The notes under the pieces: generated by a model
What the model saw: only the letters and a program-made list of their open reading frames with translations
Told to the model about the DNA's origin: nothing
Databases searched by the model: none
Part shown: piece after piece, positions 12,262 through 25,727 of the stretch
Layout: each line of letters opens with the position of its first letter
Position numbering within the stretch: position 1 is the stretch's first letter
Made by a program: the position numbers and the translations under genes
Source: Eledone cirrhosa
Lineage: Eukaryota
Length of the DNA stretch: 64,000 bases
Reading direction: 5' to 3'
Assembly: GCA_964016885.1 (NCBI GenBank)
Contig: OZ024740.1
Location: 128,836,001-128,900,000 of the forward strand

Positions 12262-13695
12262 TCGCACCTTTCCGACAGACAACCTCCCCCGCCCCCCGGA
12301 ACAAGCCCCCATTTGATGGATGTGAATCCGAAATATATAGGGCAATTAAATCTCTCCCAAGGTAACTCTTTCTCGTGTTGTTATTTTCTTCATTCCTCTA
12401 CACGCTACAGTCTTATACACGCCACGCATCTCAACTTACACCCACTTACATCTCTCTCTCCACCACCGGATCTTGTTACCCGGAGATTTACCCATCTGCA
12501 TTGTCGAGGCTTCCAAACTACTTAAAGAAATATATATATATTTATATATATATTTATATATATATATTTATATATATATTTATATATATATATTTATATA
12601 TATGTACATTTATATATAACATTTATATATAACTTTATTATATTTTAGCAAGAAAGTATATTTAGAGCGCCGCATAAAAAGTTGAGGCATATAGTTTCAA
12701 TCCTGATTGAAAGCCTACTATGGTCTATAAGATAAAGTACCAGTAACACACTGGATCGATTCAATCGATTTTACTTTTACTCTTCAAGATGCTTGACATG
12801 TGCCAAATTAGCAACATTTATATTTCATGTTCTATCTCATTGATGAACTGCTATGGAACCATTAAATCCGCTAGACACAACAGGAAATTTCCTTCAAATA
12901 ACATTCCACTATTTCAAAATGCAATATGTAATAATGTCTGATATACCGCCTCAGGAAAAAAAAACAAAGATGGCCACGGCATAGATGCCTTTCATAATAT
13001 GAATGCATGCACAAGCAGGCTAATTGCTGCTAGAGCGCTAAGAACAACATCAGTATTAGGAGACGATAAAACAGTTTCTACACGAGAGTTTGATCGGCAA
13101 GGGAGGGCTGCCAAGGTTTTCTCAAATCTCTCGCTTCTGCCATAAATGACATATTGCATCTGAAAGGAAGTGCAGGCACTTTTAATCCAAATAACACACT
13201 ATATAATATAAGACTCAAAAGGTTTATCTGATAATCATCTCATGGATAGAAAATGCCTGGAAAAATGAAAGGATGTTAACGCTTGGAATGCCTTCTATAA
13301 TGTGCATGCTGGATCACTTGAAGACATGTTTCGAACCAACAACAATAACCACCACCCAGATATTTACACCGTTCTTACTACTAAAAGAGACCGTTGTTAC
13401 TACTAAAAGAGACTCAACTGCCAAGTCATCGGCAAAATATTTCCGTCGGCATATGAAATGTTCTGAGAGAATCCTCATTTGCACGAGTAACAAGTAGAGA
13501 ATCAAATACAATATAAAAAAAAACATACTACTAGAATGTACTACATTTGAGAATATTATCGTTTCGTATATCAAAGAAAGGAATATTACCCTCAGTCTGA
13601 ATCAAACATGAATAATTTCGCTCTATCACATATAACCTACTCTACTGTTTCTTTTCTCAAGGAAGCTATTAATAAATAGTATATTGGCTCATGCG

Positions 13696-13827
<132 letters not shown>

Positions 13828-13886
13828 CAAGGCTCTGGTACCATCAACACTATACACGCAGAGCTGGCATATCTAAGGACATACTA

Positions 13887-13942
13887 ACTGCCTGATGAGG
13901 TCATATCCATTCAATGGCTATCATCGAAATATATATGGCAGT
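13887..13942 (+). ncRNA. Hammerhead ribozyme motif, family E (cleavage-site nucleotide mutated to G)
   Basis: ACTGC CTGATGA GGT...ATC GAAA T ATAT A TG GCAGT AATAAA, inside a TA-flanked ~165-bp insert (13823-13987). Confidence 0.65.
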
Positions 13943-13982
13943 AATAAAGGATAATGAATTCATGCAATTGACTTATGAATCG

Positions 13983-14027
<45 letters not shown>

Positions 14028-14040
14028 GTGTATATATATA

Positions 14041-14072
<32 letters not shown>

Positions 14073-14117
14073 CGTGTATATATATATATTTATATATATA
14101 TATATATATATATATAC

Positions 14118-14172
<55 letters not shown>

Positions 14173-14175
14173 CAT

Positions 14176-14213
<38 letters not shown>

Positions 14214-14257
14214 AAGTTAAATAAAAGTCAAATGATTAAAATTTAGCTTCGTTTATT

Positions 14258-14312
14258 ACTGCTATATATATTTCAGTGACAGCCATCTTTGGCTGTGACC
14301 TCTTCAGGCAGT
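14258..14312 (-). ncRNA. Hammerhead ribozyme motif, family E (intact)
   Basis: Reverse complement ACTGC CTGAAGA GGTCACAGCCA AAGA TGGCTGTCACT GAAA T ATAT A TA GCAGT AATAAA; lies in a TA-flanked insert ~14208-14682. Confidence 0.8.
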
Positions 14313-14679
14313 TTGAATTAGTATGGTATAGACAAGTACATATGTTGTTTAGGTGTATGATATTGTCAATACTCTGATATGCCCAGTTCCTTGTTGGGTT
14401 GTTAATTCACTGGGGAACTGGAGTCATATGAATTCAAACAAACGAATTTTCGTGTCACAGGTCCCCTTCTCCTCTCATTGGTCAGTTATTAGTGTGGTCA
14501 TTGTTGGAGTTAGCTTAAAAATTGATAAAATGGTAGAAGGGACAAAGTGTTGAAGGAACAAAATATCAAAAAATGTGTCAAGCTTCCCATTGTTCAGTTC
14601 TGAGAGCATTCCTCAGTCAGAAGTCTATAGAATTCTTTCTGGGGTGAGGCTCCCTGCTATTGTTCAGTACATTTGACCT

Positions 14680-14762
<83 letters not shown>

Positions 14763-14765
14763 TAC

Positions 14766-15226
<461 letters not shown>

Positions 15227-15960
15227 ACGGATGGTTCCTCGCACTGGCTCTACGTACTCACGCATGCGTCGTACGAGTTGTATGTATTTTCGAACGCATC
15301 GACCCATGTACGTATCGCACATGTGCCTGGGTGGCCGCATATGTACACGCCGACGAGATGAGGTTGCTCACAGGCTGGGGACCCATACTATTTTAAGGTT
15401 GTCCAGGGGTGTATTCAAGCACGCATTGACATCTACACGTGCCTATATACACATCCGTACATAAACCTACATATATACATGCGTGTGCATGAGACATGTG
15501 CATGTCTGCACGCATCGGCGTTGCATGTTGATTATATCTCGTGGGATTAAACATTTGGTAGAAAGGATATAAGAAGGGATGTTGAATAGTGATGGTGAAA
15601 TTACTGATACAAATGTGGTGATGTAAACAGTTGTGTTGAAGTGTATGGTGCTAGTGGTTTGTGTGTGCCTCAATGGTATGTGGTATGTGTTGGTGCGGGT
15701 GAAGGTGATGGATGTATGGTGATGTGTTTAGTGGTGAGGGCATTGTAATGAATGCGACCAAGCATTTATTCAACATCACGTCTTACAACTCGCACAGCGC
15801 GTGCATGGGCCCATGGGGCCAGTGCGTGTGTCCAAGATGACCGCACGAAAACTACATAACCCCTGCAAAAGAGCAGACTCATATAACAAGGCACTCATAT
15901 CGTATTCCTTGTACTCCCGCCCCACGCGTGCCAATGTGGGGGTGATGTATGTATGGGCGG

Positions 15961-16602
<642 letters not shown>

Positions 16603-16603
16603 C

Positions 16604-16806
<203 letters not shown>

Positions 16807-17011
16807 GCTGAGTGGGTAGAGAATTGAATTCACAATCTTGAGGTTGTGAGTTCAACTTCTGGACCAGGCGATGCGTTATGTCCTTGAGCAAGACACTTTA
16901 TTTCAAGTTGTTCCTTCTACCTGGAGTTGCGACCGATAGATAGTATTAGCAACTGGAAAGACCGACGGAACATTGTTTCTTCGGTCCGATTTGACGAAAG
17001 TCGATCGACTG

Positions 17012-17042
<31 letters not shown>

Positions 17043-17778
17043 GGACGGATGGTTCCTCGCACTGGCTCTACGTACTCACGCACGCGTCGTACGAGTTGTA
17101 TGTATTTTCGAACGCATCGACCCATGTACGTATCGCACATGTGCCTGGGTGGCCGCATATGTACACGCCGACGAGATGAGGTTGCTCACAGGCTGGGGAC
17201 CCATACTATTATAAGGTTGTCCAGGGGTGTATTCAAGCACGCATTGACATCTACACGTGCCTATATACACATCCGTACATAAACCTACATATATACATGC
17301 GTGTGCACGAGACATGTGCATGTCTGCACGCATCGGCGTTGCATGTTGATTATATCTCGTGGGATTAAACATTTGGTAGAAAGGATATAAGAAGGGATGT
17401 TGAATAGTGATGGTGAAATTACTGATACAAATGTGGTGATGTAAACAGTTGTGTTGAAGTGTATGGTGCTAGTGGTTTGTGTGTGCCTCAATGGTATGTG
17501 GTATGTGTTGGTGCGGGTGAAGGTGATGGATGTATGGTGATGTGTTTAGTGGTGAGGGCATTGTAATGAATGCGACCAAGCATTTATTCAACATCACGTC
17601 TTACAACTCGCACAGCGCGTGCATGGGCCCATGGGGCCAGTGCGTGTGTCCAAGATGACCGCACGAAAACTACATAACCCCTGCAAAAGAGCAGACTCAT
17701 ATAACAAGGCACTCATATCGTATTCCTTGTACTCCCGCCCCACGCGTGCCAATGTGGGGGTGATGTATGTATGGGCGG

Positions 17779-17823
<45 letters not shown>

Positions 17824-18164
17824 ATATAGAAAGGCTTCAACAGCACAAGAACTGTTTCATTCGGGAGAAATCATCATGAAGCTGGCTGTCCAGTAATATG
17901 TTGGTATTCACATCTTTTCTGGTGGTAGGAGAGGGTGGTGATTAGGATGGGTGGAGGCCATTGGTTGATGGGTTTAAAGGAAAAGGAATTTTTGGCACCC
18001 CCAGAGCGAGCGAACCTGTCAATAGAATTATTTCTGGTAAATATAGTTTTTAAAGAATACCCTTTTCTTTAAACCCATCATCCAATGACCTCCATCCATC
18101 CCAATCAGCATCCTCTCCTATCACCAGAAAATATATAAATACCACCATATTACATGGACAGCCA

Positions 18165-18213
18165 GCTTCCTGATGATTCCTCCCGAATGAAACAGTTTGT
18201 GTCCTGTAGAAGC
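18165..18213 (+). ncRNA. Hammerhead ribozyme motif, family F (duplicate)
   Basis: Identical to 16361-16409. Confidence 0.8.
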
Positions 18214-18299
18214 CTTTGTATACTAAATATGTATACTCTGCTCTGTATTGAGTACCTTACTTACTGTGGTTGCCCCCGATTGAACCGGGGATAAACTTT

Positions 18300-18361
<62 letters not shown>

Positions 18362-18363
18362 AG

Positions 18364-18397
<34 letters not shown>

Positions 18398-18402
<5 letters not shown>

Positions 18403-19290
18403 CTATAAAGTTGACGGCCGTATGTAGGTAACAACCTTTCCGCCAAACGGCTGGACCAAACAGCACCAAATTTGCCCCATAGATGTAACTTTTTCCAAGT
18501 AAAACTGACGGAATTTTTGTCTACTGAATGTTGTTAAAAGATTAAAGACATTATTTAAATATTCAATTCTTTAACATTTTCAAATGTCAACGCTTCCGGC
18601 TATACGGCATTCCTAACGTCTTCCCTAACCAAAGTATCATCTTCCTGTTTTCTTTCGGTTGCAACGTTTTTCGAAATATTTACTTGTGCGTTCACAGATT
18701 GGGTTTTTTAGTTTCAGAAGATCGCGTTAAAGGTGAAAACAGCGATTCTTTGCTTAAACTTTAAACTGTAATGTTAATATATATATATATAAATATAATT
18801 ATATATTTGTGTACAGATATTTTTGCATACACAAAAACAAAATATAAACAAACGTATTCATTTCACAAAAGCACAGACGGCTTATCGTCCTTGTTAATGC
18901 CGATATGCCACACAAAAAGTCCTAGCCTGGCCGCAAGATCAGATTTTCCAGAAGAAAAAATGTTACTAGAGCAACAGAGAGACTAAGCTTCGCGATTACC
19001 TTCAACAAAGCTCAGGGTCAAACCCTAAAAGTGGCAATCTGGGAAAACCATGGTCAATTGCATACAGGATGCTCTAGGGTGAGCTCGCCAAACAATCTCT
19101 TCATCTTTGTTCCCGAGGGCCGAACAAAAATATTGTATACTCTGAGGCTGTAACAATGTAATTTATGTATTTTCTGTTACTTGGAATTTCAATTATGGTT
19201 GTACAAATTATTGTAAAGTTTGTTAAAAAATGTGTGTGTTCTCTATTCAACCTTTATTGTTGTAACTATCAAATTGTTTTAACCTACTGG
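18398..19290 (+). mobile_element. Non-autonomous Helitron remnant carrying the PIF1-type helicase C-terminus (18980-19152)
   Basis: RLSFAITFNKAQGQTLKVA...HGQLHTGCSRVSSPNNLFIFVPEGRTK/NIVYSEAV (helicase motifs V-VI). The 5' part TACTATAAAG...AAACGGCTGGACCAAA...AAATTTG resembles invertebrate Helitron 5' ends. The 3' end is not resolved. Confidence 0.75.
18620..18778 (+). mobile_element. Naiad-type 3' terminal fragment (family A hammerhead at 18710-18760) inside the Helitron remnant
   Basis: Reverse complement of 2125-2285; AGTTT CAGAAGA TCGCGTTAAAGGT GAAA ACA...TGC TT AAACT. Confidence 0.8.
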
Positions 19291-19438
19291 CTGCTGAACT
19301 GGGAATCCTAAAATCTATTCAAACCCACCATCAGAGAACGTTAACCCTCTCCCCATCGCTGACTTGGAGGGCGTGCGATATCTTTGCACTGGAGTGGAGG
19401 GGGATTCCTGAAAAGATAAAATGCTGGTAAACCTAGCC

Positions 19439-19534
<96 letters not shown>

Positions 19535-19658
19535 TTACACACGGCACTAGACAAAATTGTTTCTTCATCATACACTCTCATCTCGGGAACAGTTCTGTAT
19601 GGCGCCAGTTCGTGATTTGAACTCGAGAATTTTATATTCTCCGAGCGACAAGAACCTT

Positions 19659-19730
19659 CTGACGAAAGTCTTCTTCTCAATGGATTTCCGCATGGATTAT
19701 CCATTTATTTTGAGACTTGAAACTTTTAAA
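19659..19730 (+). ncRNA. Partial hammerhead motif, family G
   Basis: CTGACGA AAGTCT...AGACTT GAAA C; stems I and III not recoverable; lies in a TA-flanked insert 19533-19775. Confidence 0.45.
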
Positions 19731-20477
19731 AATTTATTTTAAAACTTTATCTTATTTGCTAAACCTTGATTATCTATATATATATATATAGAGAGAGAGA
19801 GAGCGAGAGAGGGGTGGGGGGAGGGATAAACAAGGAAGAAGAGAGGAAGGAGAGAAGGAGAATTGAAAGAACATATTAAAGTTTACCCAAGCCAAATGTT
19901 GTATTTATTAACATTTCTATCTGCAGGTCTTAGCAAGCTTACTGGCGCTTTAGTAAGGTATTCAATTCTCACATCGTTTTGATTGATATGGTGCATATAT
20001 CGCATCTATTAATGTTTTAAACATTAGATAACGATTGCTGATGTATATTGTACGACAGAATTAGCTGAAAAATATTTTGAATGAAGAAATAAAAGAGATA
20101 TAGTACCCTATACATAATATAACAGAGAGATGTTTGTTGGTTGGTTCCTTCGCGTATCACCCGAAAAAAAAAGTGACGATCGGAAAGTATGTACAGGATT
20201 GGGATAAGAGTATATCCAGGAAACTTTATTGATACTAATGTTATAACACCAAAGAAGAAGCAATACATACACGTATGCTAACCAACCTTACTGCTATTTC
20301 TAGTAGGTTGGGAAACAAATATAAGGAATTCTCTCTCGAGTTCTTTGACAGTGATGATCGTGTTTCGCAGCCTATGACTCCGATTCCAACGGTGGTTTAC
20401 ACACACACACACACACACACACACCCGTACGCACACGCACACACACAGACATATATATATACACACATACGAACACT

Positions 20478-20521
<44 letters not shown>

Positions 20522-20522
20522 A

Positions 20523-20663
20523 ATAACGAAGGAAATGTGGTAAGGAACCAGGTGGACCATAACGCACCAAAGTACTCATTACTTGAGGTAGTAGAGTGGG
20601 TAATAGGAACCAGTAAGACCCCGACAGCTGAGCTCAAGCCGTTTCGACGGCTAATTCTGGACT
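20523..20663 (-). mobile_element. Family B repeat, non-palindromic copy
   Basis: Almost identical to 55072-55213; both stop at CTAATTCTGGACTA next to a TA tract. Confidence 0.85.
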
Positions 20664-20758
20664 ATATATATAAATATATATAAATAAGTATATATAAATA
20701 TATATATACTTTCAAACACACACAAACATACACACACGCACAATACACACACAGGTAG

Positions 20759-20790
<32 letters not shown>

Positions 20791-20815
20791 TATACATACA
20801 TATAAGCACACAAAA

Positions 20816-20849
<34 letters not shown>

Positions 20850-21524
20850 GTGTGGTGTGTGTGTATATATAAATATATATACTTGCATCCATGCTCGTCT
20901 GGATCTGAAGGCAGGGACATATGCCTCTGGGTGAGTGCGCTATAGGTTCACTTATTTATTTTCCTATTTTATACTCTCTCACACTAAATGTTATTAGGCT
21001 TCTCTACTTTTTACAGTTATCACAAAATCAACTTCACACCATATTTACTCATTTGTGTATATATAAATATTATATATATATATTTATATATATATATATA
21101 TATTTTATATTTTTTTTATATTTTTATATATATATATTTTATACATATGCCTTCACCTCATTAATTGCTTGTTGTGCATGTCCCCATTAACGATGCTTAA
21201 ATAGAACTCCTACCCCCTACCCAATACTAAAACACCGCAATCTTTCATCTCATACCATACACCGCACCACCACCAAATCAACACCGCACACAGCACCTCA
21301 GCCTCAACATATATATGCCAATATGTCTAAGGATAGCTAAAACCTCACACCCCGCTACTCACATCAAGCTTTGCTCCTCACCACTAACACATCACTACGG
21401 TCACCCCCCCCTCCCCATCTATATTACAGGCCAAATCATTCCTCCTAATTTATACACGAATAAAAACAACATAAACTGACCAACATAGGAACGTTATACT
21501 TTTGTATGCCATGTATAATCATTC

Positions 21525-21645
21525 TGTCATTACTACTACTGAGGTCTATTGATTCCAGATCGAACCTGCAGCTGATCCGTAGCGAAACGCGCGTCACCAA
21601 CCAATAAACGTAATGAAGAATTAACCATTCGTCCTTCTATTATTA
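21525..21645 (+). mobile_element. Family C repeat with the hammerhead 5' core deleted
   Basis: GGTC TATTGAT...GATCCGTAGC GAAAC GCGC GTC ACC AACCAATAAACGTAATGAAG. Confidence 0.65.
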
Positions 21646-21730
21646 TATTCCACTCTGACTACACCTCGATACTGACGTTAACCTAAACATCGAGGGCTCA
21701 ACCGGGAGAACCTGCAGTAACACTCCCTGG

Positions 21731-21824
<94 letters not shown>

Positions 21825-21839
21825 TATATATATATAAAC

Positions 21840-22323
21840 GGAAAAAATGAAACGAAATTTCATTTCCCACTCTTAGAACGGCTGTTACTTAAATATAAGT
21901 ATGTACACGTACATACATATATGTATACAGACGTACAGTAGTATGTATATATATATACATACACGCACACATATATATATATAAATGTACGTATGGATTC
22001 ACCGAACATTTATTATAATGCTCGTGGTGTTTGTAAACAAACATCCCGTATTAAGCCGTAGTGTCCAGCAACCATCGTTGCTCGTTTGTTCAACACCGAC
22101 AAAAGAACAGCGTTCTTTTGTCGGTGTTGAACAAACGAGCAACGATGGTTGCTGGACACTACGGCTTAATACAGGATGTTTGTTTACAAACAGCACGAGC
22201 ATTATAATAAATGTTCGGTGAATCCATACGTACATATATATATGTGTGCGTGTATGTATATATATATACATACTACTGTACGTATGTATACATATATGTA
22301 TTTTACGTGTACATACTTATATT

Positions 22324-22325
<2 letters not shown>
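21840..22325. mobile_element. Family J repeat in near-perfect palindromic form (arms ~215 bp, 3-nt loop at 22109-22111)
   Basis: 21890-22108 is the reverse complement of 22112-22325; homologous to 41625-41815 and 62417-63385. Confidence 0.92.
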
Positions 22326-22411
<86 letters not shown>

Positions 22412-22420
22412 GGTGTGTGT

Positions 22421-22495
<75 letters not shown>

Positions 22496-22632
22496 TGGTA
22501 GCTAAGATGCTTCCATATGCGGTATGCTGGTTGACCAATCTATGCTCTTACAGAGCAGAGTATGATATAATATAAAATGAAAAATCGGAGCATGTTCTCT
22601 CACTGAGAAAATTTGCTCCGAAATCATTAGAC

Positions 22633-22720
22633 GTGTCCGTCGAACCTGCGGATCCAGAATCAGACAGATCCACACAATGAACGTGTCTCGAGCTGTCCGG
22701 CGGCGAAACAATTGTAACAC
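22633..22720 (+). ncRNA. Decayed hammerhead motif, family H
   Basis: GTGT CCGTCGA ACCTGCGGA...TCCGGCGGC GAAA C AATT G TA ACAC, then AATAAA and a TA tract; the core differs from CTGACGA at two positions. Confidence 0.55.
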
Positions 22721-23308
22721 ACAATAAATTGAGTTCAGATGCATCACTGACTTTACGTTTTATATTATATTGTATATATATATATATATAAACTTGAAAT
22801 CAGTAACATAATATTTTACTTATTCATAATATTCCTCTCTTAATCTATATACTCATCAAAGTTAAATGGTTGTACCGAAGCATCAAATGAGATTTTCTTT
22901 TCTTTCCGTGTTGACAGAGAGTAGATATGCATAGTACGTATGCCGACTTCTAATTCGCTTCTAACTGATGTTGAAAATGTCATTCAGTTTTATGCAAACA
23001 AATTTGGATTAGATTGCTATATGTTTCAAGTGCAATTCGTTATGTTGAGGAAAATCACGTGATTAGGTATGAAATTATTTGGTAATTTGGCTCCCAAAAT
23101 CGGAAGAGACGTTGTTTTTATGCACACAAGTGACTCAAGCTTAACGAATAATTTGATAGACCGAGCTTCATCTCTTTTATTTGACACCGAATTTGGTGTT
23201 ACTATCGCGTAAAATAACAGAGCGACGTGGTTTAGGGAATATGGACTGAACATCCATGCCTGTTGTGTTCAAGAGACAAAGAAAGCTGTTATTATCTTTG
23301 TGACAATA

Positions 23309-23496
23309 GGGCGGTGTATTGGCAGTATCGGTAGAGGGTCAGACGCCGTGCTTTGCAGCAAAGAGTTACGGCCCTTTATGGTCTGAGTTCAAATCCCGCC
23401 GAGGTTAACTTTGCCTTTCATCCCTACGGGGTCGATAAAATAAAGTACCAGTAATACACTGGGATAATTTCTGGCCTTGTGCCAAAAGTAGAAACA
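23309..23496 (+). mobile_element. SINE family 1, full-length, with 17-bp target-site duplication
   Basis: A-box TGGCAGTATCGG, B-box GTTCAAATCC, Deu/Nin-like core GCCTTTCATCC...GGGGTCGATAAAATAAAGTACCAG; TSD ATTATCTTTGTGACAAT at 23291-23307 and 23497-23513. Confidence 0.92.
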
Positions 23497-24601
23497 ATTA
23501 TCTTTGTGACAATCCCTAAAAGGTGTTGTTGTTTCTTGTTACGTCCAAATGACTCTAGCAATAATAGGTAATAATAATAATCAGTATTATTAACATTAAT
23601 ATCACAATCATCATGACAACTATGATAATAATGATTCTATCACCAGAATGAACAAGTATTGCACGTGACTCTTTTGTTCTCTCTCTCTCACACACTCTAT
23701 CGCTCTCTGTGTTTATAGGACGTATATTATAAAAGCACAGCCTATTGTCGTTACTGCTTACTAGCTCAATATTCTCATATAATGTCCATTAGGTCCATTA
23801 GAAAGGAGTTTAAGAGTCGAAATTACTAAGCCATTTGGGACAATAATTTTCGTCCTCAAACCATTTCCTTATAGCAGAATTACCTTTTAAAATAACATTT
23901 TTGTTTTGGTGGTTAAGTCTACTTACATTTATTGTAAGTGTTTTATCTATATTTACGTCAATATAACTAATTTACATTGAGGATAATAGAAGCTATGATG
24001 TTGCTTTCATGTTAATATGGGCTTCAATAGCTTAAGTTTAGCATTAATTCGTCATCAACTATTCACAGCACAAACACAGGCCCTAATAAAAGTAGATGAA
24101 TTGCAAACGATTTGAACACCCTTCAAACTAATTGCGTCTATGTGGTGCAAATTTGTTTGTGATAATAATGAGTATATTATTACTACAAAGGTTTCCTTTT
24201 ATTATCAAGCTTGTTACTATAACTGATATCCAAGTCATATTCCCAAATGAATCGAAAGTTTGCTGCCAAAATAAGAGATCGGATCTCACAACATAAATTC
24301 TGATAATCAGAAACAGAGCAACTTGACAAACAACTTTTATATGTACAACCCTCCTCCCGAATAAACATATTTTACGACCAGTGGTTTTTTAAATATACCA
24401 GGAAGAAAATATACAGCCGGGCGATTTTCTCTCGTGGTAAGTAATGTATTTGTTAATGTCTTATATATATTAAACCCAAGTTTGCCTATTGTTAATTTGA
24501 AGTCTCCTATGTGTACTCGCACAGTCATGTGACGACACGTTTAATCTCTACTATCGTATTGAATAATAATTCAAGCGATTGTCAAACGTATACATACATA
24601 G

Positions 24602-24661
<60 letters not shown>

Positions 24662-24910
24662 TTGTCTCTGTGTGTGTATGCATATGTTCTCTCAATTTTC
24701 AATATTTGAGATATTTTCAATTTCATAAGTTTACGTTGATTTAACAGCGAAACCGCGGTCGGGACTTTCGAAGTAAGAAGGTAACTTTTTATCTCGCCTT
24801 TTCCCCACTTGTAAATTGATAATGCTTTGCTCTAATTCCTTGTGCTAACATTGTAACTGATGGGAACCCTTTATATGTATATCTATGCCTATATATATCT
24901 CATTAATAAT

Positions 24911-25124
24911 GGTTTCTTATATAGGCACAAGGCCAATGATTTGGGGGAGGGGAAAGTCGATTAAATCGATCCGAGTGCGTGACTGGTACTTTATTTTATC
25001 GACCCCATAAGGATGAAAGACAAAGTTAACCTCGGCGGGATTTGAGATCAGATCATAAAGAGCCGTAACTCTATGCTGCAAAGCATGGCGTCCGACCCTC
25101 TACCGATACTGCTAATCCACCGCC
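24911..25124 (-). mobile_element. SINE family 1, full-length
   Basis: Reverse-complement match; TSD TATATATCTCATTAATAAT on both sides. Confidence 0.9.
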
Positions 25125-25519
25125 TTATATATCTCATTAATAATATGTTGTATATTCTGCCCAGTGGTCGGGTAAATCTAGGTTGGAACGTGAGCTATTT
25201 CTAGCAATTATTCATACTTTCCGATTCTTCATTTATTACTACCTGACATGCCGACTGCCTACCACGTCAAACTTTCCCCTTTCGAAAGAATCCTTACGTA
25301 GCTTTCACTTGAAGACATACATCGTTCTGAGAAGGTACCTCGAGGAATCGATGTTCTTTCAATTTTGGACATCCTAGCTCATTAGATTTTCTTATATTAA
25401 TCTTGCAATGCAAAATTAGGGTCAGTACTTATGATGTATGCAGTTAACTTTTTATCTCGACGACATTTTCCATGAATTATACACACACACATATACATAA
25501 TAATAATAATAATAATAAT

Positions 25520-25706
25520 TGTTTCTACTTTAGGCACAAGGCCAGCAATTAACCAGTGCATTACTGGTACTTTATTTTAGGCAAAGTCAACCTCGGTGGG
25601 ATTTGAACTCAGATCGTAAAGGGACGTAACTATGCTGGAAAGCATGGCGTCCGTTCCTCTACCGATACTCCCAATCCACCGATACTTGCAATCTAACGAT
25701 ACTGCC
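25520..25706 (-). mobile_element. SINE family 1 with internal deletion and (ATT)n tail
   Basis: Reverse-complement match to 23309-23496. Confidence 0.88.
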
Positions 25707-25727
25707 AATAATAATAATAATAATAAT

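Noticed and set aside
12245-12295. Minus-strand GAAAC GT GTC CTCC as a hammerhead
   Set aside because: No CUGANGA-like core upstream
23309-23400. tRNA gene
   Set aside because: A and B boxes are present, but it continues into the SINE core, is multicopy and has TSDs
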